DNA of 60,249 nt, filler included, from Porpidia crustulata (taxonomy: Eukaryota), in NCBI GenBank assembly GCA_964255105.1. It is 4 parts of 4 records of this genome, joined end to end, with 100 filler letters (N's around TTAATTAATTAA, not from the genome) between each part and the next. Parts side by side here need not be neighbours in the genome. Positions count along the whole stretch, not along the records: positions 15,112 to 30,106 come from CAXUWE010000344.1; positions 30,207 to 45,182 come from CAXUWE010000345.1; 2 more parts are not named here. One strand, written 5' to 3'. Below, one piece after another: positions 24,151-36,206 of this stretch. Every line of letters starts with the position of its first letter. Position 1 is the stretch's first letter. The translations under genes and the position numbers were made by a program. The notes below the pieces were generated by a model, which saw nothing but the letters and a program-made list of their open reading frames with translations, was not told the origin of the DNA and made no database searches.

Positions 24151-25977
24151 TTTACCGAATATTCGACTTGCACTGCTCGTGATCTTATTACCTCGCATAG
24201 AAGAGATTCCAAGTGTTTTGTGAATTAAGTAACCAGATGGATTATCGAGAAAACCAAGAACTATTCAACATGAATATGCGGGGACCAGCTTAATATTGAC
24301 GCATTCAGAATATACACCGAGTGTCAGAGAGGACTCGTAGCGTGCAGAGCAGATTTTTGACAGCAAAGCAATATTGTGACATAGGAAACCAATAATGAGA
24401 AGTGCTGCAATTCCTAATGGCGGCATTGGGAAAGGTGTTTCCTGATTGAGCACGTAGGACTCATAGGTTGGAATAGCCTGATAGTCAGTACCAACAAGGC
24501 GCAACGTAGGACCTTGACATGGATCCATGTAAAGTCTGAATGGTGGCTGGAGGACTGGTTCTGATAGCAGAAGAGTACCGGATCTCACGATACAATCATT
24601 CCGATTAGCAGTGTGTAGCACTTCTTTGGTGAAAGCTGCTCATTGGATGATTTCGATTGTCTCTCAAAGCAAAAAGCGAGAGCATTCAAAGAGGGGTACA
24701 CATATGGAAGCCTGGGGCAAGGCAACCGGACTAGTTCGCCCATAAAAGAGGGCGACATAGGGTTCGGCTTGGACCAAAAGCTGTGCAGTCCTCTTGACAT
24801 CGTAATAAGCCGGCTGTACCCTATTGATCGTGTCGCATTTCTTGATTCCGAACGAGTCCTTCCCTTGTTGACGGCTGAAAATGATTGTGTGCTCGGAGAC
24901 AGACTAGCGAAGGCTGAGCGCCCGCGAAGCTCAGCGGTACATGCATTAGCATTCGTAATCCTTTCGAAAGAATGCATGTCCCGACAAAGTAGAGCGCCAA
25001 CTTAGCAGTATCCTACCTGCCAGGCGGATGTTCTAGATAGATACCGTGGTCGGGCGTTAGCTGTAGTCAACCGGACCATATAATGCGGGAGGACGTCTGC
25101 TAAGCGACAATCTGCCTTGGCGTGCTTGGCCAATTTTCTAGGCAGCAAGTTCACATTGGCTTGGTCCCCTGCCATATCGTCGAGTCGACAATGCGAAAGG
25201 ACTTTCAGTAGGCACTGACATGCGGAGGACCTAATGATCGAGAACCTTTGGACGTTGATATTTCCAAGGTGTATAAATTATGACGTGCCACCAGAAGCAA
25301 CAATAGGTCTTGGCTTGGTTATTAGATCTTAATGTATAATAAAAGCGTGTAATTGAAAGACATGGTAAATCTTCTTGACACAGCGCATCGAGCACACTTA
25401 TATACATCAAGGCTTCTCCTTCTCCTGTTCATAGTGGGTGTTCATTTATAGAAACCTGAGCTCAATAAGATAGAACTACCTCCAAATTTAGAAACCTTTG
25501 CGTAAGGGAGTAAAAGCCATTCGAATTACACACGATGGTATTCTTTATTATAGGCCCTTCGACGCAGTAGTGTCCTGCGGGAGGACTCTGCATGCTGTAT
25601 ATGGAACGTTGAGCAGACGAGGCTTCAGAAACCCCTCTCCAGAAACCATGGCTTCTTATCCACTCGATAGGGCACCTCGCTACAACCTCGAACGGTCAAT
25701 ACGTAGCTGCCAGCTATCTACTTTTGCGGCAGACACCACGGCTTCTACATCGTACTAAATTGCAACAGCTGAAGTCGAGTATTGGCCATGGATAGCTTCT
25801 CTGATAGCAGTAGTAATATCGGGCGTCATAGAATTCCGTGCCATTGATTTTCTAGTCAAGGCCAATGTCCGATTCCCTGCGACATAACACACACCGCATC
25901 CTTGTGATCTCTACCAGTCCTCTGAAGAATCCTGCAAAAGCACCCTTTGACGCCTGAGGCCCATTGCGAGAATGTAG

Positions 25978-26370
25978 TCATCGCATCTCCCCAATAATGT
26001 ATTCACATCCCTTTACCCCCATAAACACCTCATGTACCCTTCCGGCTGCCACATCTATTCTGCTGCCGACCCCGAAAGTCTCCATGAAGGGCGTTTTGTC
26101 CTCAGGGTATGTGATTGTCATTGAGCCTTTGCGAACCAAGTGCGTTGTTTCGACATTGTGTGAATGCGGAGCATAGTGGGATTTCCTGGGCTTGCTGTGA
26201 GCGCTGGGAGTATGAAAAGATAGGCAGCATGCAGTATTCAATGCGGAATAATAGTGGTCAGATTGGGCTTACGGTTTATCAGTCCACGCGTAGACATGGG
26301 AGAAGCCCCAAGAACGGACTTCGGCCTCAGCATCCGCGATCGAAAGAGGTTCCTTTTTGCGTGAAGGCAT
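25978..26370 (-). CDS. Small RmlC-like cupin protein (~101 aa)
   Basis: MPSRKK..WGFSHVYAWTDKP / intron 26186-26272 / KSHYAPHSHNVETTHLVRKG..IDVAAGRVHEV..GCEYIIGE, with cupin HxH and H motifs. Confidence 0.85.
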
Positions 26371-26423
26371 TGTTATCAATGAGAATCATGTTGCGAGATC
26401 CTGTTGTATTAGTGGTGCTGGAG

Positions 26424-26694
26424 CACAGGGGGTGCCAAAAGTCAGTGAAGTCAGCCCTACCCAATCCTCACCAAAACATTGAATAGCTATTTGCATGAAG
26501 CCGTCACCATAAATCCGAATTTATAGATTTACCACCAAATTCAATTAGCCGATTACAGCGTCATATCATTTTTTAAATGCGCGCCCGTATTTAACTCATA
26601 GGTAGGTTGTGGGTGGGAACTGAAAAAATAAAATAATTAAATGTATTGGTGAGGCCTCGGTAGGGCTGACTCCATTGACTTATGACACCCCCTG
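26424..26694. mobile_element. MITE-like element with ~60-bp imperfect terminal inverted repeats
   Basis: Left CAGGGGGTGCCAAAAGTCAGTGAAGTCAGCCCTACC.. (from 26426) versus reverse complement of right end CAGGGGGTGTCATAAGTCAATGGAGTCAGCCCTACC.. (ending 26694). AT-rich non-coding interior. Near-duplicated flanks tgctggag (26416-26423) and tgttggag (26695-26702). Confidence 0.8.
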
Positions 26695-27184
26695 TGTTGG
26701 AGAGCTGACTAAAAGTACAAGCTATGACGTAGACTGTGGACGGGACTCGATAAGACTAATCGAATCGATAGATATCTAGATTCTCACCGATTGATACATC
26801 TCAATTTGACGGAAGCCCGCCATAGCGCAATTCAAATGAACAGTAGGTCCCGAGTCCTCATGGTAACATTAGTCAATCGTGGGCGGTAAAAGCTGATTTA
26901 GATATTGGTCAATATCGCTGCTCAAACAACGACGACCAACATCAACTAAGACATTTTTTTGTCGAACTATAGATATTCAGATAGACAGCACTAGTCACAC
27001 AGTAGCGCTCTCCCTCGAAGAGATTGGCGAGGCCTACACCTTCTGTGCTTAGGTCGGAGCTATGGCAAACAATCGGAAACTTGCCTGTCGTCTGTTATAT
27101 TTAAGTGAGCATTATTGATACTAGTCGATGACCTTCCCACGGAAATTATTGTCTTGATGATTTGATAAAGAACGACGACTGTAT

Positions 27185-28564
27185 CTATGGCAATGTTCTG
27201 GAGCCCCTACTCTCTGATCCCTCTTCCAATCTAATGCGCCCTCCTGTTTGCGACCAAAAGATATCCCATCGATCCTGTAGTCTAAAACTCCAATGACAGA
27301 GCATTCCCGCCAGAAATCCGACAGCGTCATTCCGAAAAGCTAAAATTCCTGCTACGGTTATAAGCATGACCGCCCATCTTCTCTTCTTTTCCTCGTTTGT
27401 CACGTCCTTCATTTTCTTGTCATTCCCACTATCACCTGCCAAAGTGGTGTCGTGGTTGTCCTCCAAGTGGATCGTCAAGTCGCGGGCGCCTGCCGAGTTG
27501 AGGCTTTCGCCGACGGACGCCAACTCTAAGCCAGCTGCAATAACCATAACGGCTAGGAGACCCGTGGAAAATTTAGAAAGAGCGTCGGGCGACAAGCCTC
27601 CAGAAAATAAACCGAGGATCACTTTGAGTAGTCCGAGGAAAATGATACTTACCCCAGAACGTGCCCCGAATCGATACTGCGCCGCCAATCCTCCACTGCC
27701 ATGACAGACCGGCATGCTGCCAAACCAAGCGCCGACAAGGTTCATGGCCATCACACTTAGACCCATTGCAGTTATAGATGGTGTTTTTGCATTTGGGAGA
27801 AGGTCTGCAGCTAGGAAGGTGACCGCAATCACCGAATTCAAGGCTGTAAGTGGTACTTGCCCTATCCCAGCTTGTAGAGTGCCAGAACTGAACTCAGATG
27901 GCGTTGGGACATGGAAGAAGGGCTTCCAGATCGTGAATATTGGCGTTCTGGATCGGTATGGTGTTCCTATAATTGCAGTTGCAATACCGAGAAGTACAAC
28001 TAGTAGAGCATAAGGTACCCTTTTGGAGAACGGAGTCCACAACAAGACTAGGAATGCAAACAAGGCTGCGATCAACGACCAGAAACGATCGTCAAACCAT
28101 GCAGAAGGTATCTTCAACAAGGTACCAGCATATATAGTAAGGGAAAGTCCTGTGCCCATTTGAATACCCTTGATCACTGATATTGGTATTCTGTTGGCGG
28201 ACCACTGCAACAGTCCGGTGAAACTGAAGAAACCAATGACCGCTGCAACGAAAAGTCCAGCGGACATGGTCTGTCCTTCACTGAACCTTTGCTGTAAGGC
28301 TACAGCAGCGATAGCTTTCATAGGTTGGACTGGAATAGGTATCCCAAAGACGAAGCCTGTGAAAATATTGGCTAGACCACCAAAGATGAGCGTACTAGGT
28401 AGTGAGATCGATTTGTTCAATGCCAAGGCTATCATTATAGGCAGAAGTGTGCCCAGGTCCCCGAAGGACCCAGAGACTTCTTTCCATGGGTTACGACGAA
28501 AGGTTTGTACATTGTAGGAGTGGACAGTTTTGATTCTTTGTACCCCATCGCGAAAAGCCTCCAT
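27185..28564 (-). CDS. Molybdate transporter MOT1 family (sulfate-transporter-like), 459 aa
   Basis: Signature motifs EVSGSFGDLGTLLP, PIPVQPMKAIAA and FGSMPVCHGSGGLAAQYRFGARSG, with many transmembrane segments. Intronless. Confidence 0.92.
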   Translation of the reverse strand: MEAFRDGVQRIKTVHSYNVQTFRRNPWKEVSGSFGDLGTLLPIMIALALNKSISLPSTLIFGGLANIFTGFVFGIPIPVQPMKAIAAVALQQRFSEGQTMSAGLFVAAVIGFFSFTGLLQWSANRIPISVIKGIQMGTGLSLTIYAGTLLKIPSAWFDDRFWSLIAALFAFLVLLWTPFSKRVPYALLVVLLGIATAIIGTPYRSRTPIFTIWKPFFHVPTPSEFSSGTLQAGIGQVPLTALNSVIAVTFLAADLLPNAKTPSITAMGLSVMAMNLVGAWFGSMPVCHGSGGLAAQYRFGARSGVSIIFLGLLKVILGLFSGGLSPDALSKFSTGLLAVMVIAAGLELASVGESLNSAGARDLTIHLEDNHDTTLAGDSGNDKKMKDVTNEEKKRRWAVMLITVAGILAFRNDAVGFLAGMLCHWSFRLQDRWDIFWSQTGGRIRLEEGSESRGSRTLP

Positions 28565-28778
28565 GATCTGGACGTCTCATCAGAACCATTACGTTCGTTT
28601 GCGATTCGCACTTGATACCTGGCAGATGATCGCCTACCCCGGGACAACGTACACGCGCTAGGCGCGGCAGCGGTTAGAGTAGAGTAGATAGAACCTAAAG
28701 AATGAGGACCTATTAATTCCAATTGGATCTTTACGGTGAATACATGGGCTAGAGAGAGGCCAACCCCTTGTCATCACC

Positions 28779-29980
28779 ATGAGTCTAGCCAGCTCATCAA
28801 AGCGTTTGGCTCAATCGGGTATGCATCTATAATCTGACCCAATGCCATGCTCTCAATCGCTTACACCGTAAAATCTAGCCACCGCTCTAAAACCCTTCAC
28901 AAACCAAGCCCACTATCTTCTCCCGTCCATCACCCTCGACCTCCCAGCTCGCCGTACCCTTCTTGACCGCTTCTTCAATAAGGCCAGGAAACCAGCCAAA
29001 GAATTTCTCGACCCTTCAGACCCCAGCCTCTTCAAGCCTAGACTCCCCAGCAGCGCCAGCCGTGAACAGATCATGCCCAAACGCGGCGACCTCGACTCCT
29101 CCTCCATCTTCGACGCCGCAGCTCCAAAACCCGCAGACAGAAATACTAAAGCACCCTATCGTGATCCAGCCGCCATGGCTGCTGTTCTAGATCCTGCCCC
29201 CATGGCGCGGAAGCGCTGGCAAAGGAAAATGGTGATCAGGGATATAACACAGCGAGGCCGGTTGAACAAGACGAAAAAAATACTACGAACGGAGCGAACC
29301 TCCGTATCCAAGTCCCCGATGCTGAAAACCAGCATCAAGAAACTTGGACCCCTCGCGCGCCAGATCGCCGGCAAGCCCCTCGAGGAAGCAATGGTGCAGA
29401 TGCGGTTCAGCGCCAAAAAAGCCGCAGTCGACGTGCTCAAGCATCTCAAAATTGCGCGGGACGTGGCCATGGTTTCGCGAGGTATGGGCCTGGGTCTGGG
29501 GCCTGCCAGGGTGGACCCGGTCACGAGAAAAGCCATCATGCCGACCAAGGAGGAATCCGAAGGCGTCGTCGTCGAGGACAAGAAGGGCAAGAGGCGCTTC
29601 GTCAGCGACAAGACCAACATGTACGTCGATCAAGCGTGGGTGGGCCGGGGCCCGTACGGCACGGAGTTGGATCATCGAGCCCGGGGTCAAATCAACGTCA
29701 TGCGTAACCCCAGCACGAGTAAGTCCGCACCTTCCTTCTTCTTCTTCTCCTTCTCTCACAATCTCGCCCCAATTTTTACTCAAACAAAAAGAGAGCTTCC
29801 TCACTACCGAAAATATGGCGAACTAACAATAAACCCCTAGGCATTACGGTTCTCCTCAAAGAAGAAACAACTCGGATTCGGCTGGCGGAGGAGAGGGAAC
29901 AGAAGCGGCTGAGGAAGAAGGTTTGGGTCCCGTTGCCGGATCGGAAGATTACGGCGCAGAGGCAGTATTGTCTTTGGTGA
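28779..29980 (+). CDS. MRPL22: Mitochondrial ribosomal protein uL22m
   Basis: L22 motifs TSIKKLGPLARQIAGKPLEEAMVQMRFSAKK, YVDQAWVGRG and RARG. Introns 28819-28878 and 29719-29840. C-terminal KKVWVPLPDRKITAQRQYCLW*; basic presequence-like N-terminus. Confidence 0.93.
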
Positions 29981-30106
29981 TTTTTGAGTGGCTTTTTCTT
30001 GGAGGTGGGGGTGGGCCCAGGTGTTGATAAAGAGCATAGATACGATGTCTCAGCCGTTATGTCTACATATCCACCAACTCATCCACCCATCCAAACTCCT
30101 CAATCC

Positions 30107-30206
30107 NNNNNNNNNNNNNNNNNNNNNNNNNNNNNNNNNNNNNNNNNNNNTTAATTAATTAANNNNNNNNNNNNNNNNNNNNNNNNNNNNNNNNNNNNNN
30201 NNNNNN
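30107..30206. other. Artificial contig linker N44-TTAATTAATTAA-N44
   Basis: Same 100-bp spacer as at 15012. Confidence 0.98.
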
Positions 30207-31712
30207 ACCCACCACCGCCGGCGGCCCCTCCAACAAGGTCATCTGCCCATCGACAAACGTCATCATGGGATGAACATATCTGACCGAAGTCCCCGCGCCA
30301 AAATCAGGCTTGTACACACCGGCGTGTACCCAGGACGTGACGATAACATGCCTGCGACCGAGAAACGCTTGCCAGATCCTCGCGGGGCTCAGTTCGAAAG
30401 CCACGCCGTAGATATGCGCCGCCACTTTCTCGGGCGTGAACTCCGATAGAGTGGCGCGGATCTTCCTGGCGACCGTTGCTTTTCCGGAAGAGGCTTCTCG
30501 GCCTGTCATGGCTACGTCGGCGATCATGACCGGAGATCCCAGGAAATCCTCTTCCAATGGGTTTGCCAGACGTTTGCGCAGTCCGAAGCTGATGTCGCAA
30601 TGAACCAAGTCTTCATCTTCCGCTAGTCCACGCGCGCGGTTGATCGCTGCCCATACATGGGCCACGAGGGCGTCATTACGGCTGACGGGTAAATCGATTG
30701 ATGAGACAGTTGCTTGGATCTCGTCAATTTGGGTTGGACTGAAGTGAAAGACTGTATGAGACACAGGGGCCGTATTGTTTAAATTCTCCCAAGGAATTGA
30801 GGTAGCGGAAGCGGCCACTGTCTTCGCGGCTGGGTTCGTGATAAGAACGGCAGGGACATCGGTCGAAGCAGATTGCCAGGGACAATTGGGAGCAGAAGCC
30901 CACCAGTCGTACCGGTGGCACGGCAAGGAATAGGCCGTCTGGAGGATGTTATGTGAGGGATCGAAGGCCTTGACATCGTCTGCCGCGGCTGCATCAATCA
31001 AAGATGGCTGGAAGATAGGACTTAAAGCGGGTCTTCGGGCACCCGTGAGCACCGGAGAACTCATCTTTGCCCAATCGCCAACGAAATGAGAAAGCGATTG
31101 GGCGTCTGCAAGCGTATGCGACAGTCCCACGGCAATCGCAAGCCCGCCACAAGCGAAGGTCGTGATCTGGACCGCCATTGCGGGAACATTCGAGTCTGAT
31201 TCTGTTGATGTGCCAGAGGCGAGGGTTATGGCCGGAAACAGAACATCCTCACGGGGAATTTTGCCATAGATCAACCCAGATTTCGCTTGGCGCGTAGAGC
31301 TCGGGATGACCTCGTCGAGTCTAGATCGGCAATACGCCTCTACAAATTCGACTCCTGGATCTGAGGAGAAGCCATAGCATACTCTGACTCGACCGTATTG
31401 CTGACGGTGGAGTTGGTCCTGATCAGGCTGAAAAGGAACCATTCCGACGCGACCACTCCAATGAGAATAGGAATCAAGTGTTCTGCATAATGTCTCACGA
31501 AGATGGTGAGCATCAAATTTCGTAGAATAGTTACTTGTCTCGCTGGGAACATTAAGATACCAAATTGCTCCACATATGGTGAAGCTCACCGCTGTGGCAT
31601 CGATGATGGAGAGTTGTGTCGTCGTTCCTGGGGTGTCGTGTGTGGTGCTGCGGGAATAAGGAAATACTCGTTCCTTGGACTGCACCACGACTTCAATGGG
31701 AACTGGATTCAT
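30207..31712 (-). CDS. BAHD/'transferase'-family CoA-dependent acyltransferase, 3'-truncated at the contig end
   Basis: HxxxD motif (SHTLADA) after AVQITTFACGG, and DFGxG motif (PDFGAG). ATG at 31712; the frame runs into the gap. Confidence 0.9.
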
Positions 31713-32762
31713 GGTATTTCTCCGAGGCGAGGTTTTTGGCAACCCGCACGTAGTTTGCTCTTTGAATAAAGCGCCGATGTATGATTAATTTATCAAAGAG
31801 ACTCGAGAAGTTGATTTTTGATGAAGTTATGGTAATGGTCCGGTGTGTAAGTACTTCGGTGAGGCGAGAAGGATATGGAGCTTTCAATCTTGATGTATTG
31901 AGTTCACGAGAATCTTCCGTCTACTTGTAGATCAATATCTATAGCTCTCCCAGCGGACACAGACGCTCCTTGTAGTGATTGTATTTGTCGATGTTAATTA
32001 TTCTCATTTAGAAATATGTAAGCATGTACCCGATGGTACAAGCTTACGGTTGCATGCTGTATGACTTGACGGTCCACTTGACTGGCCGTCTCGCTATATT
32101 TCCATCTTTATAGTGCGCTTCTTGATATAGATTGGCTATCCCTCGGCTTGGGACTATCGTCTGGAAAGTCGTGTCCTCTGGTTACATTGACTTTGGGTGT
32201 GAGAGGCTACCAGTTAGTTTCCAATACTCGTTCTTGGATTTGACTTATTGCCACAATATGGACAGGCATGATCCGTAGAATGAGTCGTCGACATATCAAT
32301 TGGACTTTCTATACTCTGATTAGAACGACATTTAATAGCTTCTATATCCGTTAGTGGCCTAAACGATGTAGAGAGCGCCTCAATATCGTGTTGCCCTGTT
32401 CTAAGTGATTCGTCGCGGACTTACCGACTCGTGCTGTGAAGGGGTAATTGCACTTAGGCGTAATCTTCAATCCACTACATATATAGATTCCTCAGTCGCT
32501 GAAACGATGACATTGGACTGTTGTCGACTTATCTGAAGCAAGTGTCCGCTCCCGAGGGGTAAAACAGGAGCTAGTGCTTAGCGACTGAGACTTTTCATGG
32601 TCTTTCTACAATGATTCGAGAGTTCTATTTGAGACATATGAAAAGCCTCATAAGGTGCTGGGGTGAGACAAACGGTAGTAAGTCAAACTAGGATAAAGAC
32701 ATCCTGATGGCCCTCATATCTGATTGTTGATTTGGGTCAGTAGTACCAGTCTCAGCTCCAAA

Positions 32763-33245
32763 ATGACCACCGTTGTAGCGAGGAAGACGTTTCGCTTCCT
32801 CACGGCTCATCAAGTACACAATCTCCACGATACTTGGATATATCCAATAGCTCCACTGTCACAATCAGGCTTGTTGGAATCTGGCGTGGTCTCGCCAAGG
32901 AACATCAAGCATTACACGAGTCAAGACAATGTCTTTCAACTTGCTGCCGCAATTTCTGAAAAGATCATGAAAAACCATGCTTTCCAAGACGGCAATAAGC
33001 GAACTGCGTTGATAGCAGCGGATATGTTCCTGAAAGTGAACGGGTATCAGCTTCAGTCCATACCACTTCAAGCAGACAGTGCGCACGATCAAGTTAATCA
33101 GCAACTGACGGAAGCACATGTTGCAATGTGTACCAACAAACTCACAGCGCAGCAGCTCGGAGAGCTATACCAGACCGTTGCTGTAAAGATCGAAGAGCGC
33201 ACTGAAGCAGTCTTGATGTATAAAAATGAGCACATTGAAGAGTAA
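32763..33245 (+). CDS. Fic/Doc (death-on-curing)-family protein, Doc-type motif, 160 aa
   Basis: Fic-fold active-site motif HAFQDGNKRTA at 32976-33008, preceded by GLLES..SP and followed by FLKVNGY, as in Doc-like proteins. Intronless. Confidence 0.9.
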   Translation: MTTVVARKTFRFLTAHQVHNLHDTWIYPIAPLSQSGLLESGVVSPRNIKHYTSQDNVFQLAAAISEKIMKNHAFQDGNKRTALIAADMFLKVNGYQLQSIPLQADSAHDQVNQQLTEAHVAMCTNKLTAQQLGELYQTVAVKIEERTEAVLMYKNEHIEE

Positions 33246-33361
33246 TAGCATGACTCTTACTGAGACCGCGATGGAAACATCAGGCGCGAAATCTCGAAGT
33301 ACCATTGACCGTTACAATCTCCATGGTGTTCTTGGTGAAGTAAAGTTAGGGTTTGTCGGAG

Positions 33362-33982
33362 CTATAGATCCCTCAACTTCTCCAACGCAGGTCCAAGTCG
33401 GTACCCAATGTCACTAGCAAATTCCGCAAATCCCGCTGACACGAGTCCTTAGCCATCAAGTTACTTCGGATAACAAAGGGAACTCACCGTCAGCAGTATT
33501 ACTGAGAGCAATGGTGTGTTGATATCCATAGAGGTATAGCGTTGCTGGGCTCACGTTGGATTTTGATTGAGAGGGGAGATCCTGCGGAATTACTAGACGC
33601 GGATAGCTGGGTGACAAGGCTTGACCAGAAAAGTTTAGTAGTACTAGAGGATTGAATGTAATAGGGCTAGCTTACGATGTTCGAAGTGTCGAGTATCATG
33701 AAAGAAACTGAGCGTAGATTTCGCGGAGCCATTGAGGGCTGCCACACTGTCGCTCAGCGCGTTGCCGGCGTCCAGGGCACGGCCAACATCGGTCGGTATT
33801 CCGACATAGGTGCTGCCCCGATCGTCCATCTTGATTGGGATCTTGTCAATGATGAGTTTTCCGTGTTTCCCATATTTGATGAAGTCGGCCGTAGCATCAT
33901 GGTAATGACGGAAAGCTCCTGCTCGGGCAACTTTACGAAAGGACAAGACGGCGAAGAGTATTTGAGTATTGAAGCGTAGCAT
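33362..33982 (-). CDS. Unknown 170-aa protein convergent with the Doc gene, presequence-like N-terminus
   Basis: Three exons (33982-33676, 33619-33488, 33435-33362). Introns GTAAGC..CTAAA..AAG (56 nt) and GTGAGT..GCTAAG..CAG (52 nt) give a continuous 513-nt frame ending LEKLRDL*. Confidence 0.75.
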
Positions 33983-34904
33983 GAGATATTGCGATTCGGG
34001 GATGTTGCGATCATGGACTGGTTCGTAGTTGTACCTTTACTGGATGCTATGATGGACGTTTGCTATTTTGAGTCTGACGCGCCTGGCCAAATCTGCTTAG
34101 CGCAATCTTAGCTTATTTGAGCCTAGCCAAAAATTTAGCCGAGGTATCCAATCTCCACTGTGCCACTGTCATCCCCCCCACCCCCTCATGCCCCTCTCAT
34201 CTCTGATTATGGTCCCTGACGAAGCAACAACTATCAATGGCCTCATTAGTCCCATGGTCCCAAGATCGCCGCCACTAGTCCACGAATTGGAACCATCTCT
34301 AATGATCCAAGCGGGACCACGCTTTGCGACGGCGTGGTGATTGCATTGCATTAGTTTGGCATACATGGTGCTACGGCGATGCATTTCCTAGAGGGTGGCC
34401 AGGAAAATACGACAAAGATTTTAGTTTGATGCACAATGGGGATCTGGAAAATAAGATGCTTACTTGCCTGGACGGGAAATGAGGAGCGATTGAGGGTGAG
34501 CGGTATTGATATTTGGTTTGATGGGAGCATACGTATTCTGATACTCCACGAGCAGTGTCCTCGGCGCTCGGCAATGCCAGTTTATACAGGGACTAATCTG
34601 TGACAGAGGATGGAGAGAATGCGATATTAGAAGTATAATAACATATGTAGGTATAACGTGTCTCCTGAAGCATGATTCTCATTCCTAATCCTTTCATATC
34701 TCCATAATCTCCAGTTCCGTGCGCCTTCAAGAACCCAATGCTTCCGTTTCCTGGCCCTGCCAAATTCCTGATGCCCCTAATCCAGTGTCCCTTGAGTTTC
34801 CCAATGCATCTAATCCCAGCCCATTCCATCTCCGAATGCGTCCGTAAGATTTCCGAATACCCTTTCTCATACTATAACATGCCAAGTAAAGAATGATAGC
34901 GTTA

Positions 34905-36206
34905 TCAGACGTATTTCAGATCAACGTCCTGTCTGACACGAATACCGCTATGTGGTGTTTCTTGCTCCTGACCAAATTCTCTCATCTCATGTTCAGGATT
35001 TAAGGCGCTGTTGAATTCCGTAGTGCGAGAAGCGCCGTCGCCTAGCTGCACGAATTCCCCTTTATTCATCCCCCTCCGAGTCCATGTTTCTGGTAGAGTG
35101 CGAACTCCACTACCTGCGCTTGCACTGACTTTACTACTCGGTGTCATGTATGCGATGACTTTGCGGAATAAGTATACCATGCTTGGGAGACAAGCACTGA
35201 CGATACCGAAACATGGTTCGATTGATGACCAGATACAGATCGGCATCGAAGTCCCTGGTAAAGTAGTCAGATGGATCAATTCAAAGGATCCTGGGCCAGG
35301 TTGGAAGACTTACATGTCACATCTCTACTCATAGGGTCAATTCTGGTAAAGGTCACTAGGCGAATGATAGACATTGCCACCACCCTGAAGTAGACTGTCA
35401 GTATACTTCCAGCTGGGATTTTAGTGGATTATAATCACTCACGAGCCGCCAAGAGAAAAGACCCCAATTAGTGCAACCTTCTGAGACTTTGGAACTTGCA
35501 GTTTCCATATCAAGGGAAGAGGGAGTAGCAGTACAATGAGATCAGTGGAGGTGTTCTGAGCACATTGTGACAAGAAAAAGACGATGCTGTTAATACATTT
35601 GCCGGGTATCCTGGGATTCCAGGTTCTCGGGATGGGGGAACACTGAAAGATGGAGATGAAATTTGAGATGGTGGCCCAGGTAACGATAATAAGCGCTACA
35701 CCGTAAAGAGCGTATTTGAAGGATCGTTGGGGGAAGATTCGACGGTAGAAAAGGAGGATCGATAGCTTGACCATGGCGACGCCAAGATTATATATAATTT
35801 CTTGGAAGTAGAGAATTTTGAAGAAGTAGGCAACTCCGTCAGGAGCCGCCCAGACGTGTTTGCCCATCCCATGAGCAGCCTCTGTATTGAAAGTTAGTAA
35901 ACCGCATCAAAACCTCTCATACTAGGTGCTTCACTTACCAAGGATGAGACATACATGGACACCGATAATCAACGGCTGTAAGCATAGTATATCTCGAATC
36001 AGCTACTCGCCCGTCAAGACTGGGGATCATCATACCCATGCGCTTAGTACGAGCCAATCATCCCACCAAAATCCAGCTTCGGAGAGGTACCTCGAGATAA
36101 ACCTGACAGTCAACGCGATTGCTTCCAGTACGATGCAGAAGATGCCAATGCCAGCCACAAAATGTGTCCTGTCCTCACTAGGCGGGGCATATCCGCTGGC
36201 TTCCAT
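34905..36206 (-). CDS. PTH11-like integral membrane protein (fungal rhodopsin domain, no CFEM)
   Basis: Five exons. Motifs RFISR..GFWWDDW, GMGKH, KLSILLFYRRIF, FQCSP..W..GKC, TDLIVLLLPLP..KLQ and WSSIEPCFGIVSACLP. Confidence 0.92.

Noticed and set aside
27185..31712. Apparent neighbourhood of MOT1/MRPL22 with the acyltransferase and Doc locus
   Set aside because: Separated by an artificial linker, so the nearby mitochondrial ribosomal gene is no support for the mitochondrial Doc hypothesis.
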